From: Paenibacillaceae bacterium
Lineage (GTDB): Bacteria; Bacillota; Bacilli; Paenibacillales; NBRC-103111
Direction: 5' to 3'
Assembly: GCA_040904685.1 (NCBI GenBank)
Contig: JBBDSZ010000051.1
Span: 37,695 to 101,694 of the forward strand
Length of the DNA stretch: 64,000 bases
The notes below the pieces were generated by a model. It was not told the origin of the DNA, ran no database searches, and saw nothing but the letters and a program-made list of their open reading frames with translations. Position numbers and translations under genes: made by a program. This document shows, piece by piece, positions 1-10,265 of this stretch (position 1 is its first letter; each line of letters starts with the position of its first letter).

Positions 1-1576
1 GATCCTTTAATTTCTCACAAATCTGACGTCCACGATTATAGGCGCGATCACGATGTACAATGAAGGATAAAGCATCCACATTCTCCGCATTCAGCAAGAT
101 ATCCATCTTCACCAAATTGGAACGTTTATAACCGGACACTTCATAATCAAAAGAAGCATACCCTTTCGTGCTGGATTTCAATTGATCAAAGAAATCATAA
201 ACGATTTCCGACAATGGCATTTCATAGGTTAAAGTCACACGATTTGAATCCAAATATTCCATATTCACGAACTCACCGCGTTTGCTTTGGCAAAGCTCCA
301 TGATCGTCCCAACATAATCATTTGGTACAATCACACCCGCTTTCACATAAGGCTCCTCAACGAAATCGATACGACCCGGATCCGGATAATTTGCTGGATT
401 ATCAATAATAAGGACTTCACCATTGGTCAGCGTAACATGATAAATAACGCTAGGTGCTGTCGTGATCAGCGGGATGTTAAATTCGCGTTCAACACGCTCT
501 TGAATAATCTCCATGTGTAGCAGTCCAAGAAACCCGCAACGGAAACCAAAGCCTAAAGCCGTTGAACTTTCCGGCTCGTAGCGCAGCGAGCTATCATTCA
601 GCTCCAGCTTTTCTAATGCTTCACGCAAGTCATTGTATTCCGAATTATCTATCGGATACAATCCACAGAAAACCATCGGGTTGATTCGACGATATCCAGG
701 CAATGCTTCAAGTGCAGGGTTTTTCAAATCTGTAACGGTATCTCCCACCCGTGTATCCTTGACATTCTTAATCCCAGCAACAATAAAACCTACATCGCCA
801 ATATTCAATTCGGGAATGATACTCATACGTGGTATGAATGCGCCAACTTCAATAACTTCAAATGATTTTTGCGTTGCCATAAAGGTAATTTTTGTACCTG
901 CACGAATTGAGCCGTCAATAACACGTACATAAACAATGACCCCTTTATAAGGATCATAATGTGAATCGAAAATTAACGCTTTGAGTGGATTATCCGGATT
1001 TCCATCAGGTGCAGGAACCTTTGCAACCACTTGCTCCAATATTTCTTTAATTCCGATACCTGCCTTGGCTGAAGCTAATACCGCTTCACTAGCATCCAAA
1101 CCTATGACTTCTTCAATTTGCTGCTTCACACGCTCTGGATCCGCGCTTGGTAAATCAATTTTATTAATAACCGGTAATATCTCCAGATTATTATCTAATG
1201 CCAAATAAACGTTTGCTAATGTCTGTGCTTCAATCCCTTGCGCGGCATCAACAACAAGCAATGCCCCTTCACACGCAGCTAAGCTCCGTGAAACCTCATA
1301 GGTAAAATCGACGTGTCCAGGCGTATCAATTAAATTAAGAATATAATTCTCACCATCGTCTGCTTTATAATTCAAACGAACAGCTTGTAGTTTAATGGTA
1401 ATCCCACGCTCTCGCTCCAAATCCATGGAATCCAGAAGCTGCTCTTGCATATCACGTGAGGCCACAGTGCCGGTATATTCCAGAATTCGGTCAGCCAGCG
1501 TGGACTTCCCATGATCAATATGAGCAATAATTGAGAAATTTCGAATTCTTTTTTGTCTGGCTCGAATGTCCGTCAT
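1..1576 (-). CDS. lepA: Elongation factor 4 (LepA), 3' end runs off the window
   Basis: Manual translation from ATG at 1576 gives [33 protein letters not shown], with DTPGHVDF and [14 protein letters not shown] further on; G-rich RBS upstream. Missing from the ORF track because it is truncated. Confidence 0.97.
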   Translation of the reverse strand, partial: MTDIRARQKRIRNFSIIAHIDHGKSTLADRILEYTGTVASRDMQEQLLDSMDLERERGITIKLQAVRLNYKADDGENYILNLIDTPGHVDFTYEVSRSLAACEGALLVVDAAQGIEAQTLANVYLALDNNLEILPVINKIDLPSADPERVKQQIEEVIGLDASEAVLASAKAGIGIKEILEQVVAKVPAPDGNPDNPLKALIFDSHYDPYKGVIVYVRVIDGSIRAGTKITFMATQKSFEVIEVGAFIPRMSIIPELNIGDVGFIVAGIKNVKDTRVGDTVTDLKNPALEALPGYRRINPMVFCGLYPIDNSEYNDLREALEKLELNDSSLRYEPESSTALGFGFRCGFLGLLHMEIIQERVEREFNIPLITTAPSVIYHVTLTNGEVLIIDNPANYPDPGRIDFVEEPYVKAGVIVPNDYVGTIMELCQSKRGEFVNMEYLDSNRVTLTYEMPLSEIVYDFFDQLKSSTKGYASFDYEVSGYKRSNLVKMDILLNAENVDALSFIVHRDRAYNRGRQICEKLKD

Positions 1577-1674
1577 GCCTAACCCCCTGAAAAATATGCG
1601 AAATCACACTAAATTTCATTATAACAGTTGTCGGTGTGAGCGGCAATGCAGGAAGATCAAACAGATCAAACATG

Positions 1675-2097
1675 CTATCCCAAAATCAATTTAAAAAACG
1701 CGACTATTGCATGCAGCAAAAAAGACGCCAAATGGCGAAAAAAGTCCCCAATTGCATTGCTAAGCCGATTGACAAAGGAATCCCGTAAGACGATCACAGG
1801 CTGACCTGCGCGATCTGTAGCCTGTTCAGTCTTTTCCTTGATCTGTGCAGCTTGAGCTTGCCTCCGTGCCGTTGCAGCGGTCATAGGACTGACCACAGCT
1901 ATTTCTTGTCCTACTTTTCCTTTAGCAGGAGAAACTGTTGGCGTTGGAGTTTCACGTTGAATGAATGTCGTTGTGGAATTAGAAAGTCGCTTGTGTACAA
2001 TATCCATGCCAAAGAACAAACCAAAACCTATCATAAAGCAAACGACCAGCAATTTCACCGATATGTTTCTCACCTGCATCATCTCATTTCTGGGCAA
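1675..2097 (-). CDS. Small membrane-anchored hypothetical protein (YqxA-like position between spoIIP and lepA)
   Basis: N-terminal hydrophobic helix, amphipathic C-terminus, syntenic position; exact start uncertain. Confidence 0.65.
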   Translation of the reverse strand: MPRNEMMQVRNISVKLLVVCFMIGFGLFFGMDIVHKRLSNSTTTFIQRETPTPTVSPAKGKVGQEIAVVSPMTAATARRQAQAAQIKEKTEQATDRAGQPVIVLRDSFVNRLSNAIGDFFRHLASFLLHAIVAFFKLILG

Positions 2098-3340
2098 TGA
2101 CTCCTACAGTCCCATCGACTTTTTCCGAATCCATATATAGATCCGCAATCACATGTGCCAATAAATCTACCGTTCGATTACATTCCTCAATCGTATTATA
2201 GGGTCCGCCTATCTCCACAAGTATGTTGTTGGGAGAAAGCGATTGATTGTATTCGGCATTGCCATCATGTGCAGATTTCCCCCATATTCCACGTGAAATG
2301 CCTGGCATTTTCTTCTCCATGGCGTCGTGAATTTGCGAGGCAAATTGCTCGTTTAACTCCCAATTCGGATTTTTCTGGCCAATAATGAACAAAACCTGTG
2401 CATAGTTTTTGCCATTTATCATTTTCGTTGTTAAATCACGTTTTTGTGAATCCCGATGTATATCGAATACATATTGTATCCCTGGATTTGCTGCAAATGC
2501 TTCACGTACCGTTTTCGCCGAATATTTATACGAATATGTAAATTTAAAAGCTTTTTCCGCTGTAGTGTAATCCGTGCTATAGTCCGCAGCGCCAATCCCA
2601 AGATCCTCTAAATCCTTCGCTAGCCTTTTTCCTACCAAGGTAATGTTTATTTTCTCATCATAAGCTTTATCCGGATCTTTAATCCCCAATTCAGGCACCC
2701 ATGATTCTCGATTATGCGAGTGATAGATGAGGACCACATTCTTTTTGCTAGTCATCACATTCGCTGAAACCGGTTTTGTCGCAGGTGCAGCCGCTGTTGG
2801 GATTGGTGTAGGCGTTATGATCTTAGCTGGTGAAGCCGAAGGGAGAATCTCAACAACTGGACTTGGCTTCTGCTTCACTGGTTTGGCTTCACTAGCAGGC
2901 ATATAATCCTCCGGAGCTGCGGCCAAATCATTGCCTAGTCCTTTACGAAGTAAAAAAGCACTATCGTTACCCAAGCCTGGTATCTCATGAGCTAATAAAG
3001 TTTTGGGATCGAGGGGGTTAATATCTGTCATGAGTCTAAACAGGAACCCTAGCGTATTATGCTGCGATAAAACGGTAGGTTTAGCATCTTGAATTAAATG
3101 TGGCACCTCCAGCCCCATCATGTCCCAAAAAAAACTATACGAGACAGTCGCTGCGAGACCTTTGATCGAAGCTGTCGGCACTTGGTTCATTTTGGATTGT
3201 GCATAGGAAGCTAGGTTCAAAATAATAAAAAATAGTAATGTACTGATTACTAGGGTCGCAAACGTACGTGATAATATCCCGATCTGCTGTAAAAACTTGC
3301 GGATTTTGCTTACATCTACTGTAATGACTGTTCCTTTCAT
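2084..3340 (-). CDS. spoIIP: Stage II sporulation protein P (engulfment amidase/endopeptidase)
   Basis: IYHSHNRES, DIHRDS and YNQ...LVEIGG motifs; GGAGG RBS before ATG at 3340; near gpr. Confidence 0.93.
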   Translation of the reverse strand: MKGTVITVDVSKIRKFLQQIGILSRTFATLVISTLLFFIILNLASYAQSKMNQVPTASIKGLAATVSYSFFWDMMGLEVPHLIQDAKPTVLSQHNTLGFLFRLMTDINPLDPKTLLAHEIPGLGNDSAFLLRKGLGNDLAAAPEDYMPASEAKPVKQKPSPVVEILPSASPAKIITPTPIPTAAAPATKPVSANVMTSKKNVVLIYHSHNRESWVPELGIKDPDKAYDEKINITLVGKRLAKDLEDLGIGAADYSTDYTTAEKAFKFTYSYKYSAKTVREAFAANPGIQYVFDIHRDSQKRDLTTKMINGKNYAQVLFIIGQKNPNWELNEQFASQIHDAMEKKMPGISRGIWGKSAHDGNAEYNQSLSPNNILVEIGGPYNTIEECNRTVDLLAHVIADLYMDSEKVDGTVGVIAQK

Positions 3341-3447
3341 GGCTAAGTTCCTCCAAATCCTCTGTTTCACTCTATTAAAAATCTATGAAATAAAACGATT
3401 AGATAGAACCATAAAAAAGAAAAAGCCGGATGACAGTAGTTGTCATC

Positions 3448-4194
3448 TCAGCTTAGATTACTTTGGATCATATAGTTATAAATGGCGGGTGGAACCTCTC
3501 TAAGTGCGCTTAGCTTAAGAAAAGCACCTTTGGGTATGGTATCAATTTCGACTATATTATAATCCCATTCTGTAAAGGCTGTTACATGAATGCTATGAAT
3601 GCCTAATTCTAAAGCGGGTCCCACATCTGTACGTAATGAATTGCCGATCATCCAGGTACGTCTGCGATCATACCGTTCTGTTAGCAGGATACCCTCGAGT
3701 GCTGAAACATTCTTATGCTGGCGAATGAAAACACGATCAGCGAAAAAGCTTTCCAAATGCATCGTTCTGATTTTCTTCCATTGCAGTTGCTCTACGCCAC
3801 CTGTGTATAAAACCAATTGATGCCCTGCTCTTTGCAGTTCAGTTAAGGTTTCTACCATATCCGGATAAGGCTCAATCTCGCATTCAAAAACCGACTTCCC
3901 CAATCTAGTAAGAAAAACGGTTTCGTTCTCCGATGGGAGTCTACCAAATAGATAAGAGTAATGTAAATAAGCTTTCACAAAAGATAGCGGGAAATGCTCC
4001 ACGGAAAAACCATGGAGCTGAATATAACCTGTATCCAACTCCAATTGTTTTTGCTTGACCTCATGCGCACTTAGCTCATATGCGCCGAACCAAGTTAGCA
4101 TTTGATCAACAAACTGCTCAATGATTACCTCATAATATTTATTGCAGTGAACCAAAGTATCATCCAGATCGAATAGTATCGTTTGCGGTTTCAT
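3448..4194 (-). CDS. HAD-superfamily hydrolase
   Basis: FDLDDTL motif I and MIGNSLRTD motif IV. Confidence 0.88.
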   Translation of the reverse strand: MKPQTILFDLDDTLVHCNKYYEVIIEQFVDQMLTWFGAYELSAHEVKQKQLELDTGYIQLHGFSVEHFPLSFVKAYLHYSYLFGRLPSENETVFLTRLGKSVFECEIEPYPDMVETLTELQRAGHQLVLYTGGVEQLQWKKIRTMHLESFFADRVFIRQHKNVSALEGILLTERYDRRRTWMIGNSLRTDVGPALELGIHSIHVTAFTEWDYNIVEIDTIPKGAFLKLSALREVPPAIYNYMIQSNLS

Positions 4195-4275
4195 CGGAAA
4201 GCTCCTTCGAATGTCTGTTAGCGTTAAATTCGCTAAGTTAAGACTATCTGATTGGGGTAATTTTTGTCAATTGGA

Positions 4276-5271
4276 CTAATGCGTATAAGCTGCAACGTTG
4301 TCTGAATCAACCGCTTCATGGAGCGCAGCGTTAAGACCACTAGCAATAATATTCGCAACATCCTCAATAAATTGGTCAATTTCTTTAGGGGTTACTAGCA
4401 GATCTTGCCCCAATGGAGTTAGTACTTCCTTTACTAATAACAACCGTTCGTTTTCATCCAAATGATTGAGCATGCCCAGAATTTGGTCGCTTTGCTGTGT
4501 TTCCTTTTGGAAATGAGCCACCATTAAATCGATGCTGTTATTGACTATGGTTGAGGCGTAGACTACGGTCGGAACCCCAATTGCAATTACAGGCACACCC
4601 AAAATCTCTTGGGTCAATCCTTTGCGTTTATTGCCTATGCCCGAGCCTGGGTGAATGCCTGTATCCGCAATTTGAATGGTTGTATTCACCCGTTGTAACG
4701 ATCTGGAAGCAAGTGCATCAATCGCTATCACTAAATCAGGCTTCGATTTCGCGACAATACCTTGAACAATTTCACTGCTTTCAATCCCGGTTGTTCCCAA
4801 GACACCAGGAGCAATTGCACTCACCTCGCGATACCCAGCACTCACTTGATCCGGCATCAGTTCAAAATAATGGCGTGTAACCAACACATTCTCAACAACT
4901 AAGGGACCCAAAGAGTCCGGTGTGACATGAAAGTTACCCAAGCCAATGATCAGTACCTTGGCTTCTGTTGGAATGTTTACATGCCTTAGAAAGCCGATAA
5001 ATTCCTGCGCCAACCTTGTTGCTAACCGATCCTGCAAATCAGCGTCCTTCTGACGCAGTCCGAGTGCTTCCATCGTAATATAATGACCGATTTGCTTGCC
5101 AATTGACCTTGCACCCTCCTCGGTTTGCACATCAATTTTTGTGATTTTAATGCCATCATCCTCCACAATCTCCGTATGTATTCCCGGAATCGAGCCTCCA
5201 ATTTGTTTAGCTACCCATTCATTAGCTTCTACCGCCAAATCCGTACGAACTGAGAAATCATTGGTGTTCAT
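4276..5271 (-). CDS. gpr: GPR spore germination endopeptidase
   Basis: RTDLAVEA, GLGN..VTPDSLGP, IDALASRS and LLVTPKEID motifs; divergent from rpsT. Confidence 0.96.
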   Translation of the reverse strand: MNTNDFSVRTDLAVEANEWVAKQIGGSIPGIHTEIVEDDGIKITKIDVQTEEGARSIGKQIGHYITMEALGLRQKDADLQDRLATRLAQEFIGFLRHVNIPTEAKVLIIGLGNFHVTPDSLGPLVVENVLVTRHYFELMPDQVSAGYREVSAIAPGVLGTTGIESSEIVQGIVAKSKPDLVIAIDALASRSLQRVNTTIQIADTGIHPGSGIGNKRKGLTQEILGVPVIAIGVPTVVYASTIVNNSIDLMVAHFQKETQQSDQILGMLNHLDENERLLLVKEVLTPLGQDLLVTPKEIDQFIEDVANIIASGLNAALHEAVDSDNVAAYTH

Positions 5272-5499
5272 CTTATCAGCCCTTTCGTTTCATCGCGCCA
5301 TTGCTAGTGTGTGAAGAAAGCGATTTACTTATTCGTCAACCTCGGGACAACCTCGGAAAAGCTATTGCATTTTGATAACCAGCGTGATAAACTATTTGAA
5401 GTTGTCAAAAAACAGCATGTGCTTGACGAAGTTAGCTTGCAAGAGCAAGCTCAACCGATGCTTAGGATGCAAGTTTTCTTACGAAAAGAGGTGAACGTA

Positions 5500-5772
5500 A
5501 TGCCAAATATTAAATCAGCAATTAAACGAGTGAACGTGAATGAAAAACGCCGTCTTCGCAACGCTTCCCAGAAATCAGCACTTCGCACAGCAGTTAAAGC
5601 ATTTGATACCGCAGTTGAAGGCAGTAACGTGGATTCTGCTAAAACAGCCTTAGTTATTGCTACGAAGAAAATCGACAAAGCAGCAACAAAAGGTTTGATT
5701 CATAAAAATACGGCCAACCGTAAAAAGTCTCGTTTAGCGAAAAAGCTTAACCTCGCAGCAGCAAAAGCTTAA
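5500..5772 (+). CDS. rpsT: 30S ribosomal protein S20
   Basis: [11 protein letters not shown]...[15 protein letters not shown]; GAGGTG RBS before ATG 5500. Confidence 0.98.
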   Translation: MPNIKSAIKRVNVNEKRRLRNASQKSALRTAVKAFDTAVEGSNVDSAKTALVIATKKIDKAATKGLIHKNTANRKKSRLAKKLNLAAAKA

Positions 5773-5788
5773 TTTCAGACGATTAAAC

Positions 5789-5829
5789 AGAGCTCGTTCA
5801 GCTTATTAATAAGCTAAAACGAGCTTTTT
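5789..5829 (+). terminator. Intrinsic terminator of rpsT
   Basis: Hairpin agagctcgtt...aacgagcttt followed by a T-run. Confidence 0.7.
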
Positions 5830-5899
5830 AGTTTCTCCATAGTTACAGAATAGAACGAGTTGTCCATTATCATTCGACTCCACGTGAACGGAATTTCTC

Positions 5900-6092
5900 A
5901 GAGTAGATGGAAATACTCCCGTTAATTTCTCCATAAGAGTGCTATTCTGATATTTACATGGAAATACTCCCGTTAATTCATGCGAAATTAGATGGTTTGG
6001 GTTAAAATCGCTAATTTACATGGAGTTTTTCCAGTTAAAACATGTTTCACTAGTTAATCAGTCAAATTAACGGTAGTTATTCCAGTTAATTT
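5900..6092. repeat. Four-unit quasi-palindromic intergenic repeat element (two direct + two inverted units)
   Basis: ATGGAAATACTCCCGTTAATT exactly repeated at 5907 and 5958; inverted degenerate copies carrying TTCCAGTTAA at 6029 and 6080. Confidence 0.85.
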
Positions 6093-6158
6093 GTATCGAA
6101 AGCAATCTAACCAGAATGGGCGTACTGATACTTATAACAAACCCAATAAAGGCAATTC

Positions 6159-7178
6159 TCAACTTGGAATTTCAAGAATGAATAATTCCAAGCCTAAAGC
6201 TTTATCTACCTTCCCGCTCTTCATGCGATAATCCAGTTCACCTAATTGGGATAGTAAGCCGCTAAGCTTTGCTAAGGAGTAGCTCCGCCCTTGCTCAGAA
6301 GCAAGCTTTACGGCATAGGGATGGGCGCTAATTGATCCTGCAATTTGCTGTTGGGAGTATCCTTGTCGCTCAAGTTCTTTAATTTGCAGCATCATCCGGA
6401 ATTGCCTTGCGATAAGTAATAGAATTTTTATCGGCTCTTCACGCTGTTTGAATAGATCATGAAGAATGGATAAAGCGCGATCCAAGTGTAATTTGACGAT
6501 TTCATCCATAAGGATGAACACATTTTGTTCTGCACTCCGTACAACAAGCTGACCTATTAATTCCCCCGTTATACAACCATTCGAACCTACAAAAAGCGAG
6601 AGCTTCTCAAGCTCCACCGTAATCAATTGCAGCTGCGCTCCCGTATAGAGAATAAACTTATCTATGGCTCCATCGTCAAAGCTAACGCCCAACTTCTCTG
6701 CTCTGCGGATCATCCACTTGGTTAGGTCTTCCACAGATAATGGTAAAAAGGGGATCGCACTTTGATTATCCTTGAGCGCCTTTACAATCTTTTTACGTTC
6801 ATCCAGCTTGTCTGTATCGACCACGAAGACGATCACTGCATAATCCACTGGTGATTTCATATAATCCAAAAGCCGTTCCACTCGATGCTCTACTTTAGTG
6901 CTTTCTTTCGCCCCCGTAAAAAAAAGTGCATTTTTCGCAATTATGATCTTCTTTTCTACAAGAAAAGGCATCGTTTCCGTATCATCCAAAACGGTATCCA
7001 AGCTTGTCTCACTCAAGTCATATCGACTAACTGCAAGCTGTCTTTGCTCCGGCACTACAAGCTTACTAATTAAATGAGCAATAAACTCTTGCTGTAAATA
7101 TTTTTCCGTGCCATAACAGACATAGATCGGTAAAGCTTTGCCTTGGGTAATCCCCTTAGCCGCCGTTTTATAATCCAC
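6159..7178 (-). CDS. holA: DNA polymerase III delta subunit
   Basis: YVCYGTEKYL, TMPFLVEKK, ELEKL, HPYAVK and DYRMKSG motifs; syntenic with rpsT. Confidence 0.95.
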   Translation of the reverse strand: MDYKTAAKGITQGKALPIYVCYGTEKYLQQEFIAHLISKLVVPEQRQLAVSRYDLSETSLDTVLDDTETMPFLVEKKIIIAKNALFFTGAKESTKVEHRVERLLDYMKSPVDYAVIVFVVDTDKLDERKKIVKALKDNQSAIPFLPLSVEDLTKWMIRRAEKLGVSFDDGAIDKFILYTGAQLQLITVELEKLSLFVGSNGCITGELIGQLVVRSAEQNVFILMDEIVKLHLDRALSILHDLFKQREEPIKILLLIARQFRMMLQIKELERQGYSQQQIAGSISAHPYAVKLASEQGRSYSLAKLSGLLSQLGELDYRMKSGKVDKALGLELFILEIPS

Positions 7179-7246
7179 TCCAACACCTCAATCCTGATTC
7201 TAACAAGACTCTAATTTTACCAAGAACCTTGAGGTTTGTCGAATGC

Positions 7247-7290
7247 AACAAAGAGACCTCACTGCTCGTTGGGAGTAAGGTCTCTTTGTT
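7247..7290. terminator. Strong hairpin (13-bp perfect stem) between the anti-sigma gene and holA
   Basis: aacaaagagacct (7247-7259) / aggtctctttgtt (7278-7290). Confidence 0.65.
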
Positions 7291-7365
7291 ATATTAAATA
7301 CCTACGAAGCAGGTATCTAGTCTATATTTATGCGACATATCCGAAAGGGTGCATACCGTTTAACT

Positions 7366-8562
7366 TTATTGTTCTTGCTCCGTTTTTAGAATTACATCAA
7401 TGATATAACGCTTCAGTTGTCCATCTTCCATGATTACTTCATAAGTTAGCCGTTGATTATCTTGCCATTGCAGCAAATGAATTTGATCTGTTGGCTTCCA
7501 CTGAACACTGGATGTAAAGCTGCGATTTCCATCTGGCGTTTGTACTTGAACAATTTGTCGTTCAATCACCCCGATGAAATTCCCATCGTCCGAGGTTAAG
7601 CTTTGCTGTGTTAGTTCAGGTGTTACTGCAAATGAACGTTTCAGACTCTTGTTAATTAAAGATGAATCAATAATTATTTGGTTAGGCGTAGGCGCAGGTG
7701 TAGGTGTAGTTGCGGGCATAGGTGCAGGCGTAGGTGCAGGTTGTGGAACTAACACTTGGCTTTCCTTCATATTCTCATCTTGCCCATTCGCATTCTTACC
7801 TTGCCCAAAGGTGACTTTTAATTTGTTTGTAGTGATGTCCATTGCAGCTGTAGACTTTTGTTCCTTCGATCCAGCATTCAAACTTTCACTTCTACTCGCT
7901 GCTGCTGAATTTTCTTGTTGCGCTTCAGCAGGTTTTTCTTTTTGCAAAGTATCGGCCTTTTCAGTAGATTTCAATGTGAATTTATCCGCGTCAGTAGATT
8001 TATCCTCAGTAGACTTTTTGTCAGTAGCCGCTGCCCTGGGAGCTTCTTGTATTGCTGCTGTAGCCGTTGGAGCAAGTGACTTAGCCTCTGGTTTAGCCAC
8101 ATCTCCTTCAATCCCAAGGCTAAAATTAGTGCTACCAACCGAGCTCGTTATGTTCGTATCTAAGCTTTTATTCATCATCTCACTCGCATCATTCTGCGAG
8201 CTTGGCTCCAGATTAACCAAAACCAAACTAAAAATAACAGCTGCCGCTATAAAACCGGCTCCAATTTTCCAAGAGAATAATGGTTTCTTCGTATGAGGAC
8301 CTGTTGGTAAATATGCTGCACGAATGACCGCTTGTTCAGCATCCAACTCAGCTAGCTTAGGCAAAATGGAATCCACAATACTAAAAGGTGGTGATACTTT
8401 AGGCAACAAACGAAGCTGTGCAGATAGGCGTTGAAGCTGCTCAAAAGAGGCGGCGCAGTCCGGGCATTGCTTGATATGCGCCATTAAGCTATCTTGTTCA
8501 GCTTGTGTTAAATCTTCATCGACATAACGCTGCATTTCATCCATTATCTGTTCGCAATTCAT
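7366..8562 (-). CDS. Zinc-finger (zf-HC2) membrane anti-sigma factor
   Basis: N-terminal HIKQCPDC (HxxxCxxC), one TM helix, long Ala/Thr/Pro-rich extracytoplasmic linker; directly after the ECF sigma gene. Confidence 0.9.
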   Translation of the reverse strand: MNCEQIMDEMQRYVDEDLTQAEQDSLMAHIKQCPDCAASFEQLQRLSAQLRLLPKVSPPFSIVDSILPKLAELDAEQAVIRAAYLPTGPHTKKPLFSWKIGAGFIAAAVIFSLVLVNLEPSSQNDASEMMNKSLDTNITSSVGSTNFSLGIEGDVAKPEAKSLAPTATAAIQEAPRAAATDKKSTEDKSTDADKFTLKSTEKADTLQKEKPAEAQQENSAAASRSESLNAGSKEQKSTAAMDITTNKLKVTFGQGKNANGQDENMKESQVLVPQPAPTPAPMPATTPTPAPTPNQIIIDSSLINKSLKRSFAVTPELTQQSLTSDDGNFIGVIERQIVQVQTPDGNRSFTSSVQWKPTDQIHLLQWQDNQRLTYEVIMEDGQLKRYIIDVILKTEQEQ

Positions 8563-8564
8563 CC

Positions 8565-9107
8565 CTACACACCACCCTTCTGATATTCTTGGAGTAAAAT
8601 CTGCAATTGCTTCCGTGCGCGAAACAAGTAAGATTTGACAGTATTAATCGGCAAATCCAGCGATTCGGCTATTTCATTATATGAAAAATCATCAACATAA
8701 CGTAAAATTACGACGGTGCGATGATGCTCAGGTAATTTTTCAATCGCCTCATGTATATCTTGGGCAATATATGTAGAAATAACCTCTTTTTCCACATTTG
8801 TTTCAGACGAAAAAATCATTTCATGCTCATCCACCGAGATAGTAGGCTTGGCTTTGCGAAATTTATCAATACATATATTCGTCACAATACGTTGAACCCA
8901 AGTTTTAAATTGCGCCTTTTCTTCATAAGAATGAATCTTGGTATAAATCCGAATGAGTACTTCCTGAGAAACGTCTAATGCATCCTGTTCATTATTAAGC
9001 ATATAATAAGCCGTCTTATATACATGAGGCTCTATTTCCCGCAAAAGAGTTATTAATGCGTCGCGCTCACCCGACTGGGCAGCTCTGACAAGTTCCGGCG
9101 CTATCAC
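8565..9107 (-). CDS. ECF RNA polymerase sigma factor (SigW-like)
   Basis: DALDVSQEV, FKTWVQRIVTNICID and SYNEIAESLDLPINTVKSYLFRAR motifs. Confidence 0.93.
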   Translation of the reverse strand: MIAPELVRAAQSGERDALITLLREIEPHVYKTAYYMLNNEQDALDVSQEVLIRIYTKIHSYEEKAQFKTWVQRIVTNICIDKFRKAKPTISVDEHEMIFSSETNVEKEVISTYIAQDIHEAIEKLPEHHRTVVILRYVDDFSYNEIAESLDLPINTVKSYLFRARKQLQILLQEYQKGGV

Positions 9108-9132
9108 TGCCTTACCCCCTCTTGCAACCTTC

Positions 9133-9161
9133 TAGACGGATTTTAATCCGCAAATGTTGCA
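9133..9161 (-). promoter_or_regulatory. Putative autoregulatory ECF promoter TGCAAC-N17-CGTCTA
   Basis: Resembles SigW/SigM-type -35 AAC and -10 CGT elements, directly upstream of the sigma gene. Confidence 0.6.
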
Positions 9162-9299
9162 TTTTTCTAATCTATTAAATAATCTTCTTTACTAGAATAA
9201 CAAAGATCGGGCTGGCTTGCGATGATTTCCAACATTTAAGCACAAAAAAAACCGTGCAAACGCCTGTTAGCAGCGTCTGACGGTCGTCTTTTACAGCTC

Positions 9300-10265
9300 C
9301 TAACGCTTGCCCGAATGATGAAAAGGCTCGCCAAGCGCGGAAGGCGCTGTTGCTCGCCCGACAGCTCCCACCAAAACCAATATTGTTAATACATACGGCA
9401 GCATATATATAAACTCGGTAGGAATTTGACTTGCAAAATCAAACAATTGTACAAAGTTTTTAAGCGCTTGAGCAAAGCCGAAAAAGATGGCTGCTCCTAA
9501 AACACCGACTGGATTCCACTTGCCAAAAATCATAGCGGCTAATGCAATAAAGCCCTGTCCAGAAATCGTATTGTGTGAAAAGCTGCTCGTTGTCGTTAAA
9601 GTAATTGTAGCCCCGCCTAAGCCAGCAAGAGCTCCACTAAGCATAACAGCTAGATAGCGCATCTTCTGCACATGAATCCCAACAGTATCTGCGGCACTTG
9701 GATGCTCCCCCACTGAACGTAATCTTAAGCCAAATGGGGTTTTGAATAAAACATAAAAGCTGACAGCTACTAATATTAATGCTAGATAGGTTGTTGGATA
9801 AGCAGTGAATATGGCTGTACCGAGAAAGGGGATATCCGAGAGAAAGGGGATGCTGATTTTCGAAAAAACGGTTTGCAGCGTTGTTGTTTCTCCAGCCCCA
9901 TTGAATAAAATTTTAACTAAATACACGGTTACGCCAGTTGCTAAGAAGTTAATTACCACACCGCTTACCACTTGATTAGCACTAAATGTTATAGATGCTA
10001 CAGCGTGTATTAAGGAAAACATTACCCCAAGCAATAAACCCGCTACGAGCCCAACCCAAGGTGAGAATGAACCCATGCCGGCTTGAATAGCATAATAGGT
10101 AGCCACTGCTGAGCTGAAAGCTCCAGCGGTCATTAAACCTTCTAAACCAATATTGATAACCCCGGAACGCTCTGAGAAAATTCCACCTAAAGCTGCAAGA
10201 ATTAAAGCCGTTGAAAAAACCAAGGTTGTATTAAACATATCCCCAAGTGTTGTTAGAAAATCCAT
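9300..10265 (-). CDS. Nucleoside ABC transporter permease (NupQ-like)
   Basis: SERSGVINIGLEG, GLRLRSVGEHP and GQGFIALAAMIFGKW motifs. Confidence 0.9.
   Translation of the reverse strand: MDFLTTLGDMFNTTLVFSTALILAALGGIFSERSGVINIGLEGLMTAGAFSSAVATYYAIQAGMGSFSPWVGLVAGLLLGVMFSLIHAVASITFSANQVVSGVVINFLATGVTVYLVKILFNGAGETTTLQTVFSKISIPFLSDIPFLGTAIFTAYPTTYLALILVAVSFYVLFKTPFGLRLRSVGEHPSAADTVGIHVQKMRYLAVMLSGALAGLGGATITLTTTSSFSHNTISGQGFIALAAMIFGKWNPVGVLGAAIFFGFAQALKNFVQLFDFASQIPTEFIYMLPYVLTILVLVGAVGRATAPSALGEPFHHSGKR

Noticed and set aside
5311-5499. N-terminal extension of S20 in the ORF track (also long starts for gpx, yqeG, DUF1657 and the 57729 sigma)
   Set aside because: Downstream starts have clear RBSs and match normal family lengths
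5900-6092. Possible CRISPR array (21-bp repeats with ~30-bp spacers), likewise at 26448-26643
   Set aside because: Only two direct copies followed by inverted copies; no cas genes or leader in the window
7574-8296. 240-aa + strand ORF, and similar antisense ORFs at 13754, 20914, 37798, 39920 and 50968
   Set aside because: Shadow frames of well-supported genes on the opposite strand, with no RBS or family motifs
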